Origin: a virus
DNA: 64,000 bases
IMG/VR virus record: IMGVR_UViG_3300009174_000002
Coordinates: 1-64,000 of that record
Strand: one strand, 5' to 3'
The notes under the pieces are model-generated. The model had not been told where the DNA came from, made no database searches, and worked only from the letters and a program-made list of their open reading frames with translations. Made by a program: the position numbers and the translations under genes. Of this stretch, positions 32,722-43,098 are shown piece after piece (position 1 is the first letter of the stretch; each line of letters begins with the position of its first letter).

Positions 32722-33362
32722 TATAAATACTTAACTGTATCTTTAAAAATTTCCCTTAATTTTCCTACTGATAAATGTATTATTGCTTGTTCCACAGGTT
32801 CCATTTCCTGAATTTCACTAACAGTAGATGAACAAGCTGCATAAAACATAGATTTGTTTGTTTGAGCTATAAAATAAATTTGAGAATGTTTTATTTTCCT
32901 CATAATTAATATTTCTCTGGCACTAGTATTTTCCTCAAAATCTTTTGGACTTACAATATTTTGTCCATTAACTGTTGCATCAAGAAATATTTTAGTCAAA
33001 CTTTTATCTAATACTATTTCTTGATATTTATCATATTCAGATTTCAAAGGTCTAGAATAATCCTCATATAACATACTAAGATAAAATTTTACTCCAGGAA
33101 CTAATAGTGATCCTCCATTAGACACCTTATATACAGAGAATCTATCAATCTTTGTTTCATCCAATACAGGTTTCATACAATCAACGTAAATCTCATTAAT
33201 TTTGTTAATATTAAGTGACGGTTTAGTAATACTTTTCTTGTGAATAAAATATCTAGTTATTCTTCCTGCTTCCGTCAATATAGCACCACCTAAAGTACCA
33301 GATAAAAGAGTAATTATATCCATATACGTATATTTGTTGATATTAAATGTCTTAGATCCCAT
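32721..33362 (-). CDS. Putative holin with T4 gpT-like layout (N-terminal hydrophobic segment plus GAF-like domain)
   Basis: IITLLSGTLGGAIL segment, then DRFSVYKVSNGG..LSMLYE. Confidence 0.45.
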   Translation of the reverse strand: MGSKTFNINKYTYMDIITLLSGTLGGAILTEAGRITRYFIHKKSITKPSLNINKINEIYVDCMKPVLDETKIDRFSVYKVSNGGSLLVPGVKFYLSMLYEDYSRPLKSEYDKYQEIVLDKSLTKIFLDATVNGQNIVSPKDFEENTSAREILIMRKIKHSQIYFIAQTNKSMFYAACSSTVSEIQEMEPVEQAIIHLSVGKLREIFKDTVKYL

Positions 33363-33444
33363 AAAAGTTTTAATTTTTTATATAAAAATCAACATTTAGG
33401 TTTACTTTTAAATAGTGATTTTATCACATTTACCCTAAAAAGAA

Positions 33445-36111
33445 TTAAACATTACCATTCATGCCTAAATCAATGAAAGTTTTTTTAATATTTCTTTTAA
33501 CTTTAGATTCATATAAATCCATTACTTTTTCTACTTGTGCTTTAGATGGTTTTAAACTAACTGGTTTAGATAAATGTTCTATTTGCTTGTCTACTTGTTC
33601 TTTTAGTATTCTTTCTACTCCTGGTAATTGTTCTGTCGATTCAAATTTTAAGTTTTTAAAGATATCATCGGTATTAATACCTAAAGCAGCCATTTTTGCT
33701 TTTTTCTTATCAGGATCTGGCTCTTCATAAAAGCCATTTTCTTCCAACTGTTTTAAACGCCAAATTAATTTCTTTTCTATTAATTGATTTTTAAAAGTTT
33801 GAGCTATTTGTTCGTCAGAGAATTTTAAAATATCTTTTAATACTTGAGTATAACTCATTACAGATATTCCGGTACTATTATCCAAAGCTGCCTTGGCTAA
33901 ATCAATTCGCTGTTGAAGTAATTCATTTTTAACTTTTTCTGCTAAAGTAGATGAATTGTTCATAGTCAATTCAAAAGATTCAAGTTCATCTTTACTATGT
34001 CCATTCATATAAAGATGAACTAATCCTATGTGCAATAATCCTTCAACAAAATAACTTTGATATTGTTTTACAGCATTATTAAACCTAAGATCTTCTTGAG
34101 AATTGTGTACAAATATACCTCCAACATCTAAAGAAAAATTATGATGTTTTTCCACCTCTAAATCATACATTTGTTTTGGCTCATTCAAATGTATGATTTC
34201 TACTCTTTCTACATAAACTACTTTTTCAAAAATATTTTTAAGTTGATTTCCTATTTTCAATTCATCTGCTCTTACATAAACTAAATCTTCTAATAAAAAT
34301 TCATGATTATCAGTAGCATCTACATATCCTTTATCATTGTTCAAATGTACTCGATAGATGGTGTCAGTTAATCTTGTGGGTTTGCACCATTTTACTTTGC
34401 CATAGGTAATAAATCCCTCACTATCTGAACTCAATACATAAACCTTATAATTTGATTTCTTTTCAAAATTTTCAGTTAAATCTTTAATAGAGATTTTTCC
34501 TTCTGAAGTATTTACAATAGTTTCTCCTGCTAAACAAAGAGCAGCTTTATTACTGAGATCCTCTTCAAAAGTTAAGTAAGATTTAGGTATAAGAAGACCG
34601 GCAAATAAATCATCTTTAATAATTTTATAATCTTCTACTGCATCAAGATTATTTGCGCCTTCCAATAGTTCTACTCCGCCAACATCACCCTCTTGAGTAG
34701 GCAAATAAAAATTTTCTTCAATACTTATACTACTGAATTTAAAATCAATCTCTCCTGTCTTTGGATCAACTAAAGGTTTTTTATACAATTGTTTTTTCAT
34801 ATTTTCTGCATATCTTAATGCAGAATCAGGATCTAGTCCTGTAGTATCTATTTTAAATAAATACCTTTGAGGTGCTCTAGTAATTCTATAAATTACCAAG
34901 GCTTCCCTCATTAATACTATCCTTCTCCAGGTATCAACAATTGATCTTAATATGGATTGTCCATAAGGTTCAGTTTCAATATCTTGTATTATTTTCCAAT
35001 GAACAATTTCCCAAGGTTCAAATTCTAATCCTCCGCCATATCCATACCATCTATATTTAAAAGCATCCAATCTATCGGCATTTTCAATTAAATGTATTCT
35101 CAAAGTCTCTGGCGGTAAATGAAATAAATCTAATACTCCTACGCCACGTCTAGTATTTAAAAAACTATATCCATTGCCAAATTTTAACATATTTCTTACA
35201 ATAAGATATGCTCTACTATCTAGTTTTAAATTTCTATAAAAACATTCATCTAAAGCTGTAACCACATTTCTATCGGGAGAAGCTATTTTTACTATAGTTC
35301 CTTCTGCATCTTTATTACAGTTATGAACTACTATATGAAAACTCTTTGTTAATTTTAAAGTAAAATGATGATCAGGAGAAACATTTATTAAATCAAAAAC
35401 TTCTTCTTCTCCTATAGGAGTTATATTTAAAATTGTAGTTTGTAAAAATCTTTGCTCTTTACATCCACAACTGGGGTCCTTCCAATCATAATAACAAAAT
35501 ATTAAATCTCCTAGCTTAAGATCTTTTAATTCTTTATATTTATTATTTCCTACAAAGATTTTATGATTATCAGTGCATTTAAATTTAGCAGTTGGAATAT
35601 CATCCCATTCAGAAGTTTCTTCATCTATAACCCTGGCTACCGTTACTTCAAATACTTGTTTTAATCCATTACTTTTTACTCCCAAACATTCATTCCAACA
35701 TTTTCTTTTCCATTTAGGATCATAGGAATTAACCAAGAAAAATTTACTATTCTTTTTATATTGATCTAGTATTGTTATATCTCCTTCGGGAGTAGTAATT
35801 ACACAATCTCCAGATAAACATACTTCTTGACTATACAAAGTAAGTGCCGCGTTAATAATTGGAAATGTGGCATCCATCCTTCTAAACTCATCAAATAATT
35901 CTATATGTTTTAAGTTCCAATTCTTTTGTTGTAGATATTGTCTAAAAACTTGATATTCTTGTTTGAGTTTTAATTCTTCTTTGGATTGAGGAGAATTAAG
36001 AATATTAATACCTCCTTTTCCGCCTATTCTTGTTATATCTTGATTTTGTACTCTTTTGAAGAAATCCGATACGTGTTTAAAAAAGCCATCGTTTTTTCTG
36101 TTATCAGCCAT
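33445..36111 (-). CDS. Portal protein (T4 gp20-like) with two inteins
   Basis: PYGQSIL, MREALVIYRITRAPQRYLFKID, EENFYLP and LEGANNL motifs. Confidence 0.9.
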   Translation of the reverse strand: MADNRKNDGFFKHVSDFFKRVQNQDITRIGGKGGINILNSPQSKEELKLKQEYQVFRQYLQQKNWNLKHIELFDEFRRMDATFPIINAALTLYSQEVCLSGDCVITTPEGDITILDQYKKNSKFFLVNSYDPKWKRKCWNECLGVKSNGLKQVFEVTVARVIDEETSEWDDIPTAKFKCTDNHKIFVGNNKYKELKDLKLGDLIFCYYDWKDPSCGCKEQRFLQTTILNITPIGEEEVFDLINVSPDHHFTLKLTKSFHIVVHNCNKDAEGTIVKIASPDRNVVTALDECFYRNLKLDSRAYLIVRNMLKFGNGYSFLNTRRGVGVLDLFHLPPETLRIHLIENADRLDAFKYRWYGYGGGLEFEPWEIVHWKIIQDIETEPYGQSILRSIVDTWRRIVLMREALVIYRITRAPQRYLFKIDTTGLDPDSALRYAENMKKQLYKKPLVDPKTGEIDFKFSSISIEENFYLPTQEGDVGGVELLEGANNLDAVEDYKIIKDDLFAGLLIPKSYLTFEEDLSNKAALCLAGETIVNTSEGKISIKDLTENFEKKSNYKVYVLSSDSEGFITYGKVKWCKPTRLTDTIYRVHLNNDKGYVDATDNHEFLLEDLVYVRADELKIGNQLKNIFEKVVYVERVEIIHLNEPKQMYDLEVEKHHNFSLDVGGIFVHNSQEDLRFNNAVKQYQSYFVEGLLHIGLVHLYMNGHSKDELESFELTMNNSSTLAEKVKNELLQQRIDLAKAALDNSTGISVMSYTQVLKDILKFSDEQIAQTFKNQLIEKKLIWRLKQLEENGFYEEPDPDKKKAKMAALGINTDDIFKNLKFESTEQLPGVERILKEQVDKQIEHLSKPVSLKPSKAQVEKVMDLYESKVKRNIKKTFIDLGMNGNV
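34102..34536 (-). mobile_element. Mini-intein 2 in portal (145 aa)
   Basis: L|CLAGETIV…DATDNHEF…MYDLEV…FVHN|S. Confidence 0.9.
35320..35820 (-). mobile_element. Mini-intein 1 in portal (167 aa)
   Basis: V|CLSGDCVI…KCTDNHKI…VFDL…VVHN|C. Confidence 0.9.
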
Positions 36112-36184
36112 TCATGATAGGAGATTTTACTTTAAATATGTTTTATTTTTTGAACTTACAAGTAAATTTAACCAAAAAAATTTA

Positions 36185-36222
36185 AACATAAAAAAAGGAT
36201 AGTTTTTTTAGGACTATCCTTA
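36185..36222 (-). terminator. Intrinsic terminator
   Basis: GGATAGT/ACTATCC stem followed by T7-ATGTTT on minus strand. Confidence 0.75.
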
Positions 36223-36245
36223 AATTCTATTTAAAGTTTTTTTAT

Positions 36246-36428
36246 TTACTTTTTTGCAACTGTATTGGAATCAGCCGCTAAACGACCAAAAACTGCAATT
36301 AAAACAGCACTTACAATTTGTAACCAATTGGTTTGTCCAGCTTGTAAAAGAGTTTGAGCAGCAGTTAAGCCAGCTAATATTATACCAATAATTGTTGTCA
36401 AAGGAGAAGAGCCAAGTAATTTTCCCAT
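36246..36428 (-). CDS. Small two-TM membrane protein, holin-like
   Basis: 60 aa, two hydrophobic helices, basic C-terminus. Confidence 0.55.
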   Translation of the reverse strand: MGKLLGSSPLTTIIGIILAGLTAAQTLLQAGQTNWLQIVSAVLIAVFGRLAADSNTVAKK

Positions 36429-36472
36429 TAATTAATAATTTTTACTTTAAATAATGTAGGGCTAATATTTTT

Positions 36473-36712
36473 TTAGAATGCTGTGGAAACTGTTCCTTGT
36501 TTAGGCAAATCATTATCAGTCCTTCCACCATCATAATTTGAAATCCAAATTTGTGTGGTAGAACCAGGAGTTATTGGTTGGCTAGGAGCAGTGGATTGAG
36601 GATAATTTCCATACAGAGAATTTTGTGAATCTGCTAATGATTTTTCATGTGCGGACATAGTTTGTGCATCACTAGGTGAAATACTACCATTTGGTGTTAT
36701 ATACGAAGGCAT
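36473..36712 (-). CDS. Hypothetical protein
   Basis: Clean ORF. Confidence 0.5.
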   Translation of the reverse strand: MPSYITPNGSISPSDAQTMSAHEKSLADSQNSLYGNYPQSTAPSQPITPGSTTQIWISNYDGGRTDNDLPKQGTVSTAF

Positions 36713-36724
36713 TGATTTATTTTT

Positions 36725-37276
36725 TTATTTTTTGATTAAATCTGAGGTTTCCTGCACAACAAGCACTGTAAGTATTTCATTACAGTTTGAAAATGCGTCA
36801 TCTAATAATCCTTCAAATTGTTTTTGATTTATGTTTTGTTTTTCAACTATATCATAAATAGTTAATAAAGCATCACAAGCAATTCTGGTTTGTTTTAACA
36901 AATCTTTTTTACAATTTGAAGTAATATTTAGATTTACTTTTTCTTGTAATAGTTCTACTTGCTTTTTAAAATTTTTACTTTCTCTAAAACTTACATCTCC
37001 TTCATCATGTCTATCTTCTACATTTTGTAATTGCCCTCTTTCTCTTTTAGATAGGTAGGAAATAAATTGTCTAGCATAATCATTATCATCTATAGGATTA
37101 TTAAAATAATCGCTATTTTCAAAATTTTCTGCGGCTTCTAAATCTTTTGGTCTATTTATTTTTTGAAAAATATAATCATAGTTTCTTTCCCTCAGAATCT
37201 TTTTTATATTCTTTGATTCTGTCATAGGTTTTTTAGTTTTACAACCGCAACTACAATTTTTTTTATTTTCACACAT
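36725..37276 (-). CDS. Putative internal head protein
   Basis: CSCGC N-terminus and several xxE sites (MTE, LRE, FRE, LQE). Confidence 0.45.
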   Translation of the reverse strand: MCENKKNCSCGCKTKKPMTESKNIKKILRERNYDYIFQKINRPKDLEAAENFENSDYFNNPIDDNDYARQFISYLSKRERGQLQNVEDRHDEGDVSFRESKNFKKQVELLQEKVNLNITSNCKKDLLKQTRIACDALLTIYDIVEKQNINQKQFEGLLDDAFSNCNEILTVLVVQETSDLIKK

Positions 37277-37310
37277 TATGTTATATATACTTTTTCTTTA
37301 AATAATGGTT

Positions 37311-37907
37311 TTAATAGTTTTCATCATAAAATTCTAAATCTATTTTTTCACTAGCTAAATCAATAGTTACAGATTCAATATATAAAGAATCATTTATATT
37401 AATACTAGGTTTTAATAATTCAAAACTAGTTGTATTAACTGTAAAGGGAAAATCAGTATCTCTATCATATATTTTTCTACCATTTAATTTTTTGGCTCTA
37501 TCCTCAATTCTTCTAGGTTTAAAAAGATTTTCTTCTTCAGTTTCAATGCCTCCCATTTCATCACCATAAATTTCAAGAGTAAATTTTAATTGGCTTTCTA
37601 ACATAGATATAAAAGTTCCTTCTATTCCACTTTTATTAAGCCAAAAATTTAATTTCCATTTTATATAAAACTCTAATTCAAATTCATTATATTCTTTATC
37701 TATTACATTTTGAATAGCTTCAAATTCTGGATGATTTTTTTGTAAGTATTGAGGAATATTATTAATTGAAACTTGATAATTTTTTCTATTATTTAACGTT
37801 GTTTCAAATATAAAATCATTAGATTCAGAAGTATATTCTTTTAGTAAAACTTTTTTATTAGAATATTTTTCTAGAAGTTGTATTATAGTATTTTGTCGTT
37901 TATTCAT
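37311..37907 (-). CDS. FKPRR-tag protein (internal tag) with LLEKYSxKKV leader
   Basis: LLEKYSNKKVLLKE; GIETEEENLFKPRRIEDR. Confidence 0.75.
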   Translation of the reverse strand: MNKRQNTIIQLLEKYSNKKVLLKEYTSESNDFIFETTLNNRKNYQVSINNIPQYLQKNHPEFEAIQNVIDKEYNEFELEFYIKWKLNFWLNKSGIEGTFISMLESQLKFTLEIYGDEMGGIETEEENLFKPRRIEDRAKKLNGRKIYDRDTDFPFTVNTTSFELLKPSININDSLYIESVTIDLASEKIDLEFYDENY

Positions 37908-38703
37908 TTATTTGTTGTGCATTAAAAAAATAAAATAAAGTTTCATCTAAAAAAATGGAAGTAGCCTTTTCAAAATGATTTAAAATTTCTTCCAAAAAAT
38001 CAGAAAATATTTCTGTTTCATCAGTAAGTGAAAAAACACTAAACTTCTTATAATTATTTAAGAAAACGGTATTCATTCTTAAAAAAAATCTAGTAGTTAA
38101 AATATCAAATTCATAATAATCTTTACTAGGCAATTGTTTTATAGCTTTTACAATTACAATTTCATTAAATCTGTTTTTATCTACATCTGGATATAATTCA
38201 AATACTTTTTTTATATTATTTTCAATTTCCTCTAGTTTTTTATATTCTCTATCTTCAATTCTTCTGGGTTTAAAGAGATCATCGGATTCATTTAATTCTT
38301 TGGTTCCATATACTGTTTCCCAAAACATATCTGAAAATTTATTACTATTTTTCTCCCAATGATTTAATTCAAAATTCCAATTACAAGCTGCTTTATAAGT
38401 TCCAAACTTTTGTCCAGGTTTAACATATTCTTTCTTAATATATAATAAACACATACAAGACCATTCTTCCTTTCCTTCAAATTCATTAAACTCTGGAGGA
38501 TCTATTATTTTTCCGTCTACATATCTATTCATCTCTTCTATAAATACTTTTACTTTAGTACCTTTAGTATATTTTGTTAACATAGTTTTTTCTAATTCTG
38601 ATAAACTATTTAATCTTCTATTAATTCCTTTTGGACTAAACAAATCTAAAGCGGAATCTCCTTCTTTTAATAAATTTAATATCTTAGATTTGAAATTATT
38701 CAT
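37900..38703 (-). CDS. FKPRR-tag two-unit polyprotein
   Basis: LLKE-GDSALDLFSPKGINRR (degenerate) and LNE-SDDLFKPRRIEDR. Confidence 0.75.
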   Translation of the reverse strand: MNNFKSKILNLLKEGDSALDLFSPKGINRRLNSLSELEKTMLTKYTKGTKVKVFIEEMNRYVDGKIIDPPEFNEFEGKEEWSCMCLLYIKKEYVKPGQKFGTYKAACNWNFELNHWEKNSNKFSDMFWETVYGTKELNESDDLFKPRRIEDREYKKLEEIENNIKKVFELYPDVDKNRFNEIVIVKAIKQLPSKDYYEFDILTTRFFLRMNTVFLNNYKKFSVFSLTDETEIFSDFLEEILNHFEKATSIFLDETLFYFFNAQQINE

Positions 38704-39101
38704 TAGTTAAATAATAAAATATCCATTTCATGATTTACAAATTCTTGAGTAGTTTTAGAATACTCAAATTTACTATGCATTAATTGTATATTCTTTTCAT
38801 TTAAAATTATAGGCCGAATACTTACAATTTTTCTAGGTTCATTTAAATATTTATTTATATTTTCATTTAAATACTTTTCCATTTTTTGCCTAACTTCTTC
38901 TTTAGAATCTCCTCTTGCTAAATATCTAGTAACGATATGTTTAAAATTTTTTGACCTAGTTTTTACAAACCATATATTATTTAATTTAAATTTAAAATCT
39001 AGATATTCTTGATTTAAAACTTCTTTTCTATCTTCTATTCTTCTTGGCTTGAAAAGATTTTCATCTTCAGATTCTAATAGTATTTTATTTATTAGATTCA
39101 T
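38703..39101 (-). CDS. FKPRR-tag family protein (class B)
   Basis: MNLINKILLE-SEDENLFKPRRIEDR. Confidence 0.8.
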   Translation of the reverse strand: MNLINKILLESEDENLFKPRRIEDRKEVLNQEYLDFKFKLNNIWFVKTRSKNFKHIVTRYLARGDSKEEVRQKMEKYLNENINKYLNEPRKIVSIRPIILNEKNIQLMHSKFEYSKTTQEFVNHEMDILLFN

Positions 39102-39785
39102 TTAAATTAAATTAGGAACCATTATATTCAAAACTTTTACTTTTACTTTTCCAGTAATTTTACAAACCACTTCACTTTGTTTTGCCATATCATTACTATT
39201 ATAATCTGTAGCTAATTGTTTTACAACTTCTGGATAAGCAAAATTTATTAATCCGGCATCTAATGCTTTATAACAATCGGAAAAGAATTGATTTAATTTT
39301 AAAGCTGTAATTACCGAAGATAAAGTAGATTGTGAAGTTGATTCTACTAATACCCATGCCTTGCCTTTTTCTTGATCTCCATGTTGATTTTGATCTACTG
39401 CAAAATGTTTAAAAAACCACATTGCTCCTTCTTTGTTAAAAGACCAACTTTGATAAGATGCAGGTCCTGTGACAATTGAATTCATTCTCATAATATCTTC
39501 ATTAGTTGCATTTTTATCAACTCTTAAATGAATAGCCCTATATATTTTTCCTATTTCTGGTGATCCATAAACTTTTTGTAAAATATTAAAAGTTTGTTCT
39601 AAATCACCCATTCTATCTTTATTTCTTCCGCCCATAAAACTACCTGCAAACCAGTTTTTTACATATAAAGCACATTTTGATGGTGCATCTTTTCCTCCTA
39701 TTGTAATTATTTGTTTGATTTTATCAATAGCATCTACATTAGGTTTAAGCATACTTTCGAGTAATATCTTATCTATCAATTTCAT
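39102..39785 (-). CDS. Leader-bearing R-S-E-type ADP-ribosyltransferase-like protein
   Basis: MKLIDKILLE leader; IYRAI..QSWSFN..QSEVV. Confidence 0.55.
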   Translation of the reverse strand: MKLIDKILLESMLKPNVDAIDKIKQIITIGGKDAPSKCALYVKNWFAGSFMGGRNKDRMGDLEQTFNILQKVYGSPEIGKIYRAIHLRVDKNATNEDIMRMNSIVTGPASYQSWSFNKEGAMWFFKHFAVDQNQHGDQEKGKAWVLVESTSQSTLSSVITALKLNQFFSDCYKALDAGLINFAYPEVVKQLATDYNSNDMAKQSEVVCKITGKVKVKVLNIMVPNLI

Positions 39786-40661
39786 TTAAAAAATGTCTTG
39801 ATTATCATAATCTTCGTCTTCTTCATAAAATTTATTTAAATCATCTTTTTTATGATCTTTCTTTTTATCATGTTTATGTTTCTTTTTATTCTTTTTCTTA
39901 TCCTTATGTTTATCTTTCTTTTCTGTTTTTTCATATAACCCTTGAAGAATATTTTTTATTTCATTTCTATTAATATTTCTATTTTTTATATATTTTTCAT
40001 ATAATCTATCCTCATCATGAGCAATTCCTTCATCTTCATTTACATCAGTACCATTTCCATCAAACATGGTTATATTACTTTCACATATATCATTTATTGA
40101 TTCAGAAAATGCGGAAAGATTACCTCCGTTTGCAGAAGTAGGAACAAATGAATTATCTAAATCATCACTTTCTTCCAATGGTTTAGCTTTAGAATGAGAA
40201 TGTCTATTATCTATCATATCAATTTCTTCATCAGCAGTTTCTCCAGCTCCATATAAATCATTGTATTTATATTGTTCTGTATCCTCGTTTAACATATCCT
40301 CATCATCGCATTCTGTTAAACTACCTCCAGGCAACCCTGTATGATATTTAGTATCATCTTCGGTATTAAAATCAGTATATCCTGGTTGCATTAAATCTGC
40401 TTCTTCTAACCCCCAAGTTAGATTTTCAAACATAATTAAATCACTATCGGTATTTTCATCTTCGGTTAAATATTTTCTAAATATTTGAACTTCATTATCT
40501 ACTTCTTCATCTAGCCTATTATATGTAAATCCAATTGGCTTTTCATCTTCATCTTTTATCATCTTAATTCTTCCTTCATATCTAAAATTAGAAAAAGAAG
40601 ATTCATTTAAAAAACATAAAGTTTGTTCATGATTTCTAAACAAGTGTGATTGTTGTTTCAT
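39786..40661 (-). CDS. Acidic prohead-core-like protein
   Basis: Very D/E-rich with many LxE sites; K/H-rich tail. Confidence 0.45.
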   Translation of the reverse strand: MKQQSHLFRNHEQTLCFLNESSFSNFRYEGRIKMIKDEDEKPIGFTYNRLDEEVDNEVQIFRKYLTEDENTDSDLIMFENLTWGLEEADLMQPGYTDFNTEDDTKYHTGLPGGSLTECDDEDMLNEDTEQYKYNDLYGAGETADEEIDMIDNRHSHSKAKPLEESDDLDNSFVPTSANGGNLSAFSESINDICESNITMFDGNGTDVNEDEGIAHDEDRLYEKYIKNRNINRNEIKNILQGLYEKTEKKDKHKDKKKNKKKHKHDKKKDHKKDDLNKFYEEDEDYDNQDIF

Positions 40662-40711
40662 TTTATTTTTTATTTTTAAATAATGGTTTAACCATATTTG
40701 CCCTTAAAGAG

Positions 40712-41650
40712 CTAAATACTATTTAAATATTTTTTGGCATCTAAAATAGCTTTTGTTGCTTCCTTATTAGTTAATTTTTCAGAACCATATGTATAATTTA
40801 AAGAACCATAATCCGATATTTTCTTTAAAGTTTCAAAACTCTTTTTTAAATTATCAAAATATAATTCTATTTGTCGAGAAGTTTTATAATCTAATTTTCC
40901 TTTTTGTAAGTCAGATTTTACTAATTCTCTTAATTCCAAAGGTAAAATATTTACAAACTTTTCTAATTTTTCTTTAGCTAATCGTTTATTTTTTTCAATT
41001 AATGGTTTTAATTCTGTACCGCCATAGTTATTAAATTGTTCTCTATCAGCATAAAATTTACTTGAACCATTTCTATTTCTATCTTTAACTTTATCTATTC
41101 TTTTTTCGTCTTTTTGTATGGCATAAACCTCTATTTTAGTTGCTTCTTTTATATGAGGAATAGAAAAAATTTCTTTTACATTTTTGCTTCGTTTTGGTAT
41201 TCTATAATCTTCGCCTTTTCTTCTATAACTTCTATCTTTTAATTCTTCTTTAGGAATATTAACTGATATTCCATTAAACATTTGACTATCAGATTCGGAT
41301 ACTAAGACTATATAAATTATTTCATCGCCATATTCTCTAATTGCCAAAGCTGGTTGTTCTTTGCTTACAGAATTGGCATATATTATCAATGCATCGTATT
41401 TACTTTTTCTTATTAAATTAATAAGAGGTTCTACTTCAAATTTATTTAAAGTTAATACTTTTTCAACTTTGGATTGAGGGCTTATAAAGCTATTATTATA
41501 TCTATTACTACTACCAAAAAGATATCTATCCCATCCATTCTTTGTTATTCCAGGCAATTGAGATAAATTTCCTAATGCTTCTTTTAAAGTAAGTTTATTA
41601 CTATTTGATTCATTTAAAAGTTTTGAAATTATCTCTAATTCATTTTTCAT
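40712..41650 (-). CDS. Putative internal head protein
   Basis: IISKLLNE..LTLKE leader. Confidence 0.5.
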   Translation of the reverse strand: MKNELEIISKLLNESNSNKLTLKEALGNLSQLPGITKNGWDRYLFGSSNRYNNSFISPQSKVEKVLTLNKFEVEPLINLIRKSKYDALIIYANSVSKEQPALAIREYGDEIIYIVLVSESDSQMFNGISVNIPKEELKDRSYRRKGEDYRIPKRSKNVKEIFSIPHIKEATKIEVYAIQKDEKRIDKVKDRNRNGSSKFYADREQFNNYGGTELKPLIEKNKRLAKEKLEKFVNILPLELRELVKSDLQKGKLDYKTSRQIELYFDNLKKSFETLKKISDYGSLNYTYGSEKLTNKEATKAILDAKKYLNSI

Positions 41651-42210
41651 TATATATCCAGTAGTTTAATATTATTGTTTTTATCAAAACCTATATTCCC
41701 TAAATGTAAATCGTAAAAGTTATATCCATTTTGACTATTCTTGATTTCTGAAATATCTATATTACTTAATTTATGTAGAAACTCAACAAGATTAGTCAAA
41801 AATTCATTGTTCTCAAATATCTCATAAATTTTTTTTGAATTATTTTCAAATGTAAACTGTTCTATTCCCGAAAACTTATTTGCTGGGGAATCAAAATAGG
41901 AATAAAATCTTTGATCTACAACTTTTAAATTATCTACTTCATTATAAAATTTAACTCTATCCAATTTTTCCTGTACCATATAACCTTTATCAATATTTAT
42001 TTTTACTATTTTTGCAAATAAATCAGGATAGGATTTATAAAAATTAAACTCATATTCTAACATATTTTTATAACTAGAATCAGATATTTGTTTTACTATG
42101 TAATTTGGATTAGTTTTTAAAGGATAGGCTTTTTTATAAACACCCGAACCAATAGATAACTTTTGATCTAATTCTTGTAATAACTTTTTTATTCTAGTAT
42201 TTAAAGACAT
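41650..42210 (-). CDS. Leader-bearing protein-kinase-like enzyme
   Basis: IKKLLQE leader; IGSGVYKKAY, IVK, MVQEKL, DLHLGNIG and LLDI motifs. Confidence 0.7.
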   Translation of the reverse strand: MSLNTRIKKLLQELDQKLSIGSGVYKKAYPLKTNPNYIVKQISDSSYKNMLEYEFNFYKSYPDLFAKIVKINIDKGYMVQEKLDRVKFYNEVDNLKVVDQRFYSYFDSPANKFSGIEQFTFENNSKKIYEIFENNEFLTNLVEFLHKLSNIDISEIKNSQNGYNFYDLHLGNIGFDKNNNIKLLDI

Positions 42211-42219
42211 TTATACTTT

Positions 42220-42654
42220 TTAAATATTTTTATTATTTACAAAATCCAATATTTTGTTTTTTACTAAATACTTATTAGTTCTAAAATCTTTCTCCCAAAT
42301 TCTTAATAATCTATATCCACAACTTCTAGCTAATTCATCTTTATATTTATCATTAATAATAGCATCTCGTTGTACTTGATTAATTGCACCTTCTTTGAAT
42401 GCCGTTGGATTACAGTGCCAAAGATCCCCATCGAATTCTATGAGTATCATAGTATCTTTAATTTTAAAATCATAAAATTTATAGGCAATTTGATACTGTT
42501 TTTCAATTTTTAAACCACATTCCAATCTTAAGAATTTTCCAAACACTCCTTCTATCTTACTGGTACCTGGTTTATATACCCTTTTACTGCCCTTTCTTTT
42601 TATCCTAGCCTTATACGGTTTTCTTATCTTGGCCTTCCTTACGCGCTTTGCCAT
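42220..42654 (-). CDS. Vsr/DUF559-like PD-(D/E)xK endonuclease
   Basis: FYDFKI..LIEFDGDLWH..D..K..LLRIWE. Confidence 0.75.
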   Translation of the reverse strand: MAKRVRKAKIRKPYKARIKRKGSKRVYKPGTSKIEGVFGKFLRLECGLKIEKQYQIAYKFYDFKIKDTMILIEFDGDLWHCNPTAFKEGAINQVQRDAIINDKYKDELARSCGYRLLRIWEKDFRTNKYLVKNKILDFVNNKNI

Positions 42655-43094
42655 TACTCATGTCTTATTTTAAATTCATTCCAGTAATCATCATTAAAAT
42701 TTCCATATTTGATCCAAGTATTATATTCTTTAGAAAATATAATCAATCCAGTATAAGTTCCATATTTGTCTCCTATTTTAACATCGGATTTTTTAATAAC
42801 TAATTCAGCCCATGCTTTATATTTAGCAGTAGAAAAACTAATTTTTGCTTCTGAGTCAGAAAATCCTATAAATACATCGCTATTTATTTTACCGACTAAC
42901 ACTTTATCTAAAAATGGGCAGTAAACTTTTACTTTATTGGTTTCAAGTAAATCTAACAAGATTTCTTTTAATATTGGATCTTTTTCTTTCTCAATTTCTT
43001 TTCTTCTTTCTTTTAATCTATTATCTATATTTCGAGGTCTAAAAAGATTATCTTCTTCTTTTAAAACTAACAATATTTTATTTATTAGATTCAT
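42654..43094 (-). CDS. FKPRR-tag family protein (class A)
   Basis: MNLINKILLVLKE-EDNLFRPRNIDNR. Confidence 0.75.
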   Translation of the reverse strand: MNLINKILLVLKEEDNLFRPRNIDNRLKERRKEIEKEKDPILKEILLDLLETNKVKVYCPFLDKVLVGKINSDVFIGFSDSEAKISFSTAKYKAWAELVIKKSDVKIGDKYGTYTGLIIFSKEYNTWIKYGNFNDDYWNEFKIRHE

Positions 43095-43098
43095 TGAT

